From Octopus vulgaris (Eukaryota), in NCBI GenBank assembly GCA_951406725.2, contig OX597826.1, positions 41,788,001 through 41,852,000 on the forward strand: a stretch of 64,000 bases of DNA. Direction: 5' to 3'. A program made the position numbers and the translations under genes. Below, piece by piece: positions 53,969-64,000 of this stretch (its first letter is position 1; each line of letters starts with the position of its first letter). The notes beneath the pieces were generated by a model. The model was not told where the DNA came from and ran no database searches. It worked only from the letters and a program-made list of their open reading frames with translations.

Positions 53969-55534
53969 TGTATGTATGTATGTATGTATGTATGTATCTG
54001 AATGTTTGATCCAGTTTACACATCCACACCAGAAGCTTCCAGTTTCATTCGAACTTTCTGTACAAAGAATCTTGTAACATTGGTAATTTCAAAATCGCTG
54101 TTCTGCACACATGGCAACAATCACTACCTGTCGTTTCATTTCTTGTTATTTCTTCTCCCAAGAATGATTTGGAAGAAATAAAACCATTTTAATTTGAAGA
54201 GAATTTTATGCTAAGAATTAAGTGTCCTCAAATACCCCTCACCCGTGCCCTGTAAATAGATAAATAGTTAGATAGGAAAGTAGATATATGAAGAAAACTA
54301 ACGCATAATATAACTATCTCCTCTCAGATTGGGTGTGAGTTGGTTATTCTAGCGCAGTCAAGAATACATGTAAAATAATCCCATATTCAAATGTGGTGGA
54401 GGTGAGGGTGGGGGATGCTGTCACTAACAAATTCACCTGAGATTTTTTTTTTTCTTTTTCAAATTATCCTGGTATAGATATTTCAGATACCAGCCCCCTC
54501 ATTGAACTGACGTCCCGGAAACTAAACATCAGGTTGCTCTTGATTTTTTTTTTTTTAGTAGAGTCCAATCCATTGCAAGTGACGGTGTCACCAGAAACTA
54601 TGTTCTCCCCACTAAACAGTAGTTACAGAAGCCCCTAAAAGAATAACTGAGGCTACACCTTCGACCAAACGATGAAGAACTTATGGCCGCCACAACAGCT
54701 GTTACCTCGTCACTTGGGTATTAAAATACTCATGATACAATATATCGACATTTGTTTATCATAATTGCTAATAATTACTTTCTGTATTATGTGTGTTGTG
54801 TTAGCATGAATCTGTTTCCCACCCACGAACCAGTGATAAAGTTTCGAGGTAGTCGCTTGTCTTGGCTGAAATAAAAGACAAACTTCTGACTCTCTCATAT
54901 GGTACCTAAACATCTTAGATAATTAAAAATAACATGGGAGAACATATACTTTAATACAGGTAAATTGTGTCTAAAAAACAAATGGGATTGATATTGTTGG
55001 GATATCTTCGATTATGAACAAAGGTAGTTCTCTTCGATCAGCGATGCCCTATTACTACAAAACAGTTACAACATCAAAAGCAGCAACAAACAAACTTATG
55101 TTATTGATATAAAATTAAAAGAGATGAATTATCATTAATCATTGGTATTGATTAAAATCAAGGATTACCGATTAACCACTTACCAATCACAGATTATATT
55201 CTACGGTGTCTGTTACGCCGATGGGATGATCTTACTTCTAGCAAACTATTAGGAATTGAGCCAGAGGTATGTAATATATTCAGAGTCAGGTCGATAGCCA
55301 ATCAGAACCTCTTCGATCACTATTACTCAGTGTACAGTTCAAACAATCCTCATTGAATAAGGACCATTCACTGATATGTATATATACATACATGCATATA
55401 CACACACACACACATGCATACATGCATATATACATGCATACATACTTGCATACATACATACATACATACATACATACATACATACATACATGCATACATG
55501 CATGCATGCATACATACATACATACATACATACA

Positions 55535-55568
<34 letters not shown>

Positions 55569-55689
55569 CATACATACATACATACATACATACATACATA
55601 CATACATACATACGTACGTACGTAATTATGGCTATCATTTACAAAATCCTGGTTTCTAAGTGTCGGCATCTTACATAATGTCACAAACC

Positions 55690-55945
55690 CGTCGAAAACT
55701 CTCCCGTCGAAGACGTCTTATGAGCGTTCAGCTTTTGCCAAACAACATGCGCGAATGATTTGTTCATAGTGATCAAATGTTCATGTTGCACATAAGTTCA
55801 CTCTCTACATCAAATCGACGGTGTACCACGCGTCAAGTGTCGAAGTGATCGCAAGCCAACCTGAGATGAATACTACGCACTCAGTCTAGGAATTTAAATT
55901 GCGATCTAGCGATCACGAGTGCAACACCGTAACCACTTGCTATGT
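55690..55945 (-). mobile_element. Old SINE fragment (family C-like)
   Basis: cgatcacgagtgcaacaccgtaaccact (tRNA-head remnant) and gtgtcgaagtgatcgc...tgagatgaa. Confidence 0.5.
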
Positions 55946-55968
55946 GCCCTTGACTATATATATATATA

Positions 55969-56327
55969 TCAAGATAAGCAACAAGACTATCCAGAGGTAA
56001 TGCAGTACGATCGTTTCATGCGGCTTAATTTAATTGAACAATGCAATCTCCTCTTGGAGATTTTGGGTAAAATTATACTAATGTGTCCTTCTAATTTAAT
56101 TAAATTCTATGTCTTTGTGCAGCTGAAGGTTGCTCTACGTTTTAAATTGATGTAATGAAATGATTGCATTGTTCGATTAAATTAAGTCGCATGAAACGAT
56201 CGTACTGCATTACCTCTGGATATCCTTTTTGCTTATTTTGATTTTAATCACCTTATTTTGAAATTGTATGGTTAATACCATACTAAATTCTGGTGCCTCA
56301 ACTTAAGTACCATATTCATCTGAATCT
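55969..56327 (+). mobile_element. Miniature family H1 element with an inverted partial terminal repeat
   Basis: 55969-56048 is inverted relative to 56161-56242. HHR-like motif at 56117-56210. (TA)n and (TC)(TA)n flanks. Confidence 0.85.
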
Positions 56328-56352
56328 CTCACTCGCTCTCTCTCTCTCTATC

Positions 56353-56421
<69 letters not shown>

Positions 56422-56470
56422 CACAGTAGTACCTCGGTTTTCGAACAACTCTGATATCGAATAAATCGTG

Positions 56471-56508
<38 letters not shown>

Positions 56509-56552
56509 TAGTACCTCGGTTTTCGAACAACTCTGATATCGAATAAATCGTG

Positions 56553-56628
<76 letters not shown>

Positions 56629-56673
56629 CACGATAAATTCGTGATCAGAGTTGTTCGAAAACCGAGGTTCTAT

Positions 56674-56675
<2 letters not shown>
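56422..56675. mobile_element. pogo/Tigger-like MITE: duplicated left end, (TA)n interior, right end
   Basis: cagtagtacctcggttttcgaacaactctgat occurs twice (about 56424 and 56506), and inverted atcagagttgttcgaaaaccgaggttcta at about 56644-56672. Confidence 0.85.
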
Positions 56676-56737
<62 letters not shown>

Positions 56738-57426
56738 TCATAAAAGAATACGTGGATGAAAATCACATTAATAATTTTTATCAAGTAGTCAGCATACTAT
56801 AAAAAATGATAGGCAAATGATACATTAAATTTATAATAATGTACATGATTATTAATCTAATGAAATTGCGTATATATATATATGTGTGTGTGTGTGTCTG
56901 TCTGTCTGTCTGTCTGTCCCGTCTGTCTGTATGTCTGTGTGTGTGCATATATTGTCGTCGTATATAGGAATGTGTGTATGTGTGTCCATGTATATTTATG
57001 TATGCATACATGCACACGCATACACAGATATATGTATTATGTATGTATGTATGTACATATATAAGTATAAAATACACACACAAACAAATACATCGTCACT
57101 GAATTTAAGCATACATCATTGAGTGAGACAAAAAAAACCCTCTGTTTCACGATGTATATTCAATGTTACCAATGATGTAGGTAGTGCAATTAGAGAGAGT
57201 GTGTACTCACACTTATATACATATATATGCATTAAGATATGTATGTATGCATGTATGCATGTATGCATGCATACACCCCACACAAGCCTCCACATATATT
57301 TCCTTCATCAAATTCCACTGCCAAGCCAATTGTGAATGCAATGATAGAAGCCACTTGTTGAAAATGTCACGATGTTGGAGGAAGCCAGGAAATGAACTCT
57401 TTCACTATGTGATTAATATAATATAA

Positions 57427-57500
57427 AGCGGCCACATGTAGCTGAAACCGCCACATGCGGCTGAAGCGGTCACGTGCAGCTGCAGCGGCCACATGCATCT
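57427..57500. repeat. 19-bp tandem repeat x4, rich in E-boxes
   Basis: Unit agcggccacatg(c/t)agctga. Confidence 0.9.
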
Positions 57501-58535
57501 ATTGTTAAACAATATTTAAATACATAGTAATTATTAAGAGTAATTTTACATAATGCTGTATGCATATGACCCTTGTAACATAATGTTGATGTGGGATGCA
57601 GAGCGTACGTCGTGATCTGCCATTAAGCTTGTTGACTTCCGTCCGCATGTGCCTTATTATAATTATATACTATAATGTAATATGATGCGATGAAATATAA
57701 CATAATATAATATATGTGCACGTGTGTGAGTGTGTGCATGGATGTGTGTATGTGTGTATGTGTGTGCACGCGCACGTGTATGGACATATGTATATACTAG
57801 CAAAATATGCACGAGCATATATACTAACAAATAGCCAAACATCTTTGTCTAGACTATTATATGCGTATTCGTGTATACTAATGAATATTTATATATATAT
57901 ATATATGTGGTGCCCCAGCATGGCCACAGCCTTTGGGCTGAAATGTGTAAAAGAATTGAAGAATATATTCATACATACATACATACATACATACATACAT
58001 ACATACATACATACATACATACATACGTACATACATACATACATATATATTCACTAAGCTGTATATATCATGTATATATATATACTAATCAAATATATAC
58101 CTACACATACAGTGACGAACTTACACGTATATAGAAACCAATATATACATATATCCTGGCAAAGCAAGTCGCATGCTTAGTTAACTAGTACTAATTGCGG
58201 TTTTCACAAAAGCCCAAGGTCACACGAGAACTTATTCTAAAACGTTTACCGTAGTTTCATTGTTCTTATCTATTGCAGTACTGCTATTGAATATCCCACA
58301 CTTCACTAAGTCTATAAAGTATGTAAATTTTTCTTTCTTTAAATATAAACGAGCTTTATAATCCTCACTGCTGGCGCTCAGAATTTTTATATATTTACCT
58401 GTCACGCTTAAACAGTCAGTCACAAAACAACAGCTTGAGAAGCCGAACGAAACTTTTCTCACGGTTAATAACATCTTTTAGATTTTGTTAATCAAGTCGT
58501 TAAACCAAATGTTACCAGCTTCATTTCATGTACTT

Positions 58536-58602
<67 letters not shown>

Positions 58603-58726
58603 AGAAATAATTAAGATTCAGTTGAATTAGGTACTTAAGTTGAAGCACCAAGTCAGTTCGGTATTATCCGCACAGCTTGAGGTAAGGTGTATAAAATCAA
58701 AATAAGGAACAGGATATCAAGTAGGA

Positions 58727-58814
58727 ATGCAGTACGACCGTTTCAAGCGGCTCCATTTAATTGAACAATCCAATCATTACCTCAATTTAAATGCAGTGTA
58801 ATCTTCAGCTGCAC
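58727..58814 (-). ncRNA. Type I hammerhead-like ribozyme with long stem II (H1)
   Basis: gtgcag-CTGAAGA-57 nt hairpin-GAAA-cggtcg-TA-ctgcat. Confidence 0.72.
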
Positions 58815-59859
58815 AAAAAATAGAATTTTTTAACAAGTAGAACTCATTAATATTATGCAAGATACTTATACTATATTCATATAAGCGTATAAATGTTTGT
58901 GTATATGTATGTGTATATGCACAAATATATATGTGTGTGCATGTATATATATATAAACAAAACTCTTTGTATATATATATATCTGCATGCATTATTTTAC
59001 ACTTTGCACATAGTTATATCAGCATATATTTTTCGAGTATTTACATTCTTTATGCTTTAGATTTTTTGATTTTTGTTTAAATGTGTCTATGTATTACCAT
59101 TATCTCAATATCCTGCTCTGATTCATGGCTTAAAATGAATAGATAGTATGTATATCTTTCCAGATATTCCATTTGTAAGTGGCTTGAGCAGTCTTTATAG
59201 AAACCACCTAATAATTAGTTAATTAAGTTCAAGAATGCTATTAAACTGACTCTACATAATCTTCTTTCTTAATGTTTATAATTAATACACACACACCGTT
59301 TAGCTATTTTGGTTATGACATTTTTTGGAATTCTTAAATATTATTTTTATACAACATAACAATATTGTTTATAAACATTCCCCTATCGTGCCCCGAATAA
59401 ATTCTCCCTGTATTAGCATCTGAAGTTTCTTAGTCTCTTGCTCCTTAACTGGTAATTAACATCATGATTTAAAGTCTACCCCTATCCTGCCTCTATTTTT
59501 ATAGACACTTACTTCTATCAAATTGACTCTTCCTAATGTTTTATTTCCTTTCTCTTGGGGAAAAGGGATATCTATGATAATATTTATGACCATACCACTT
59601 GTTCTTTATTCAAAATAAACACTGTCTTCTAGTTTCAGATTCAATAGATGATAAAGAGACAATTAAATTAGAAATGAATTACAACCCTCACAACCCTATG
59701 ACCCCACTACGCTCCATGCGATTCTAAGAAATTATAGTCTATTCTTAGCCACTTTGCCACAATAGCGACAACATGAATTTCTTCCAACTTTTTACTCTGT
59801 TAAAATATTTAAGAAAAATTATATTACTGTGTCCTACATGGTAAAAAATTCTATATTTT

Positions 59860-59947
59860 GTGCAGCTGAAGATAGAACTGCATTCAAATTGATGTAATGA
59901 TTGCATTGTTCAATTAAATGGAGCTGCTTGAAACGATCGTACTGCAT
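59860..59947 (+). ncRNA. Type I hammerhead-like ribozyme with long stem II (H1)
   Basis: gtgcag-CTGAAGA-57 nt hairpin-GAAA-cgatcg-TA-ctgcat. Confidence 0.75.
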
Positions 59948-61404
59948 TACTACTTGATATCCTGTTGCTTATTTTGATTATATATATATATATATATATA
60001 GTTGCTAACATGCAAAAGTGTCGTAAGTCGAAAACGTTGCTTTTTCAGAAAACGAATACTTTCACCATTTCATAGCAAAACCGTTGTACTGCACTTAGAC
60101 AATTTTTGATATCTTGGCATCTGGAGCAGCTGGAGATATAATAGTTTGACCAAAAGAATTGGCTATTGCAAACAAAAATAAATATTGAAAAAAGCACGGT
60201 CGGCCAAATTTGGACATTATCTATGATTAATGTTGTCCCCACCCCCACCCCACTGTATAATATTTTCTTGTTAAGTTTCTCATGCTCTCTGCATTTTAAC
60301 ACTAGCTTAACTGCGGATGACGTATCTGAATTATTTATTTCTCTTAGCTACTATAACACAAATTAATCAAGAAGTTGGAGGCCATATAAGATAGTCAACA
60401 TATTATGAAATTCATACTGTATAATTTCATATTCACATTGGACATATAACACACAGTTGAATCATTTGCGGGCAGTGGATTAACAAACTCGTGTGAGCAT
60501 CCGTAAACGTTTTCCGGTATTTGATCATGCTCTTTACTTCATGGTTTCAAATTTTGCTGAGATTAATTTATGCCTTTCATCCTTTCACGGTCGCTGAAAT
60601 AAAGTACTATTTAAGTACGGAGATTGATGGTATTGACCAACTTCCTCGTACGCAGTTGCTAGCCTTCTGCTTAAAATTGAAACAATATACATTTGAAATG
60701 TTAGAGACCAGATAATCATTTTTAAAAGCCAATTATTAATCCTACAGAGATATTCTGCAAAAGAATAATAAACTGCAAGCTGGCTCTTAGAAACATGATA
60801 AGGAAACGTAAGTCTAAACATTTGCACTCTAGAAATTCGAGATTGTTCTGTTGACTCAATAAATAAGACAGCCGAGAAAAAATTTCGATATTTAATATTG
60901 ACTAATATTCTTCCTTTACTGTCACAGCTGGTTGCCTGAAAAGAGTGACAGTTTAAAAGATGAAAGAGCTATGAGTTTGTATTTTCTCCCCATTGCTATG
61001 ACCATAGTTTTCAGTTCGCTTATCTGTAGGCTGTAGCTACCATGAAGTGCTAATTTTCTGTGTCACAAACGATTGCTTCATTCGTTAGCTTTCAGTGATT
61101 CAGTGATCAATGTCATGTGAAAAAACTTACGCTTTTATCGTACTCTATTAAAGGGTTGGCAGTTGTACTTCAGTGCTACAATAGCTTGGGATTTCGGATA
61201 AGCTCCATGTATGCCAGGACACATTCCGTTAGTTGTGAAGAATCAGGAATGTTTCAATTTCACAACTTTGGAGAGAAGGGTATAATCTATTTACAGAATT
61301 ATTGCCATCGAGCTGGTCAACAGTAAAAGAGGTTCCAATCCCGATCGTCCTTCTTTTTTTTGTTTTTTAGATATAGTGCATTTAGTGTTACACTCTTTTA
61401 TCTT

Positions 61405-61740
61405 TTAACTTTTACTTGTGTCAATAATTAGACTGCGCCCATGCTGGGGCACCGTCTTGAAGTATTTTTAGTCGAATTAATCAACCCAAGTACTTTTTTC
61501 AAGCCTGGTACTTATTCCATCGATATCGTTTGCCGAACCGTTAAGTGACGGAACATAAACACACCACCACCGGTTGTCAAGCAGTGATGGTGGGGAAAAC
61601 ACAAAGACGCACACACATAGATATATACATACATATATACGACAAGCTTCTTTCGGTTTCCGTCTACCAAATCCACTCACAAGGCTTTGGTCGGTTCGAG
61701 GCTATATTAGAAGACACTTTCCCAAGGTTCCATGCAGTAG
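61405..61740 (-). mobile_element. Family E SINE
   Basis: Reverse complement of the 9799 copy from the CORE region to the tail. Confidence 0.85.
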
Positions 61741-61920
61741 GAGTGAACTTGTCAGGTTACAAACTCACAAGTGAGACTGGAGCTAGGGATCCGCACTAGG
61801 CTTCCGATCCAGCAGGTATGCGATAGGGGAAAAGAAAAAAAACAGTACGAGTATCTCATGTCGTTTAGAATATTTAATTAGAGTGAAGTGAATTAAAAAT
61901 GGAGATGTAGAAGTAATTAA

Positions 61921-61998
61921 TGCCTTACAACTGTTTCTGGTACATCCCAAGTGATGGGCCAACATCTCCATACACTGGCTATACTGTCATCAGAGACA
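61921..61998 (-). ncRNA. Type I hammerhead-like ribozyme with intact core (H2)
   Basis: tgtct-CTGATGA-49 nt-GAAA-cagttg-TA-aggca. Confidence 0.75.
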
Positions 61999-62439
61999 GG
62001 GTGTGTATTTAGGAAAGTTCCAGATAGAGACTTCACAGTATATAAAGTATAAAAAAGTAGATAGAAGAATAAATATAAAAGAATAAAGTTTACCGTTGAT
62101 CTTGTTCCAGTGGGTATGGTTCTTAGTCCGTACTTCCGTGTAAGTATAGCCCCTTAAGTATAATCCCAGTTTGTAAAAAAAATGCGGATTATTTTTCTTA
62201 CAACTTAACCATTTGATCTATTCCCTCAGTCTGAATGCAACATTCAAAATACTGCCTGGATTTAGCTGGGATTATATATTTAAGGGGCCATACTTACACG
62301 GAATTACGGACTAAATTCCATACCCTCTGGAACAAGATGAACTGTGAACTTTATTCTTCTGTCTTTATTCTTCCATCTACTGTTTGATTCTTTTATATGC
62401 TGTGAATTCTCTGTCTGGAACTTTCCTACATACGCATCC

Positions 62440-62517
62440 TGTCTCTGGTGACGGTATAGCCAGTGTATGGAGATGCTGACCCATCAACTGGGATATCTCA
62501 GAAACAGCTGTAAGACG
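62440..62517 (+). ncRNA. Type I hammerhead-like ribozyme with core A6>G (H2)
   Basis: tgtct-CTGGTGA-49 nt-GAAA-cagctg-TA-agacg. Confidence 0.65.
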
Positions 62518-62638
62518 TTAATTATTTGTACTACTCCATTTTTGATTCGCCTTACCCTAATTAAATATTCTAAATGACCTGAGATACTCGTGCTGCCTTG
62601 GTTTCGTTTTCATTTTCTTTTAATATTCTTTTACAAGA

Positions 62639-62669
<31 letters not shown>

Positions 62670-62676
62670 TACATAC

Positions 62677-62741
<65 letters not shown>

Positions 62742-62835
62742 TGTATATTTACATATATAAGTACACGGACACATACGCACACAGAAACATACACGCATAC
62801 ACAATATACTACACACACAAACACAGATTCTCACA

Positions 62836-62889
<54 letters not shown>

Positions 62890-63454
62890 TATTGATCAAT
62901 TCCTAGATCGATAATCCAGTAAAATCTGTCTTCCTCATTTGTTTAGATTTCCTCATTGTTAACATTGAGGTGTATTATTTCGTACGAGACTGTATTTGTT
63001 CCGATATCTTTACGTAATTTACCGTTCCAAACCGGAAATAGTCTTTCATACTAGCGTTCAATTGGAGCACATCTTTCTTGTCCTCAGCACCATCTTCTCT
63101 CTCTATTGTTCTTTGAAGTATACCGTAACAGAAGTGCACTCTCTCACTCTTCCTCCACTCTCTGTCTCTCTCTCTCTCTCTGCACATTTTACACTTTGTC
63201 TCTCTCTCTTCTCTGTCTTCAGCGCTCAACATTACATTGTTTTTTTTTTCTGTAATTCTTGTTTTATCGTCTGATAAGCAGTGTCACAGTTCCCAGATTG
63301 ATTCGTTTTGTATGTTTTAAAAATATTTCTTCGTTTCCTGTCAACCTGGCTTACTGCATATTCCATTTCGTACATTTTTCACCACTCGCTGCCTTGTGTA
63401 TTTATCCCGTCTTTCTATCTATCAGTCTCTCTGCTTATGTATGTATATATTTTT

Positions 63455-64000
<546 letters not shown>

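Larger units (their letters stand above)
58600..59979. mobile_element. Family H1 element: inverted HHR-containing termini around about 1 kb of interior, within (TA)n
   Basis: 58694-58830 is the reverse complement of 59843-59979. (TA)n at 58542-58596 and 59979-60000. Confidence 0.88.
61847..62591. mobile_element. Fold-back element with arms of about 325 bp, each carrying an HHR-like motif (family H2)
   Basis: 61847-62170 pairs with 62266-62591 around a spacer of about 95 nt. Confidence 0.92.

Overview
This is AT-rich, gene-poor eukaryotic DNA, intronic or intergenic. The SINE families, microsatellite density and 5S sequence point to an octopus (coleoid cephalopod), which is an inference. No intact host gene or intact transposase/RT ORF is present, and most ORF-track entries are translations of microsatellites. 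The window is a mosaic of microsatellites, at least five SINE families (several copies with clear TSDs), decayed Tc1/Tc3, mariner and hAT transposons, MITEs, RTE and R4/Dong LINE fragments, fragments of several Penelope-like (PLE) families, and one 5S rRNA pseudogene. Three observations stand out. (1) There are three families of type I hammerhead-ribozyme (HHR)-like motifs. Two have an unusually long stem II (about 50-57 nt) and a palindromic stem III, and occur as outward-facing inverted pairs in elements beside microsatellites (58600-59979, 61847-62591, 55969-56327). (2) Two patches in a PLE-like region show strand-specific T>C conversion, i.e. A>G on the HHR-bearing strand. They look like ADAR hyper-edited RNA written back into the genome. 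(3) There are several long fold-backs and some unexplained degenerate tandem arrays. Everything was read by eye. Coordinates of decayed elements are approximate and no database search was run.
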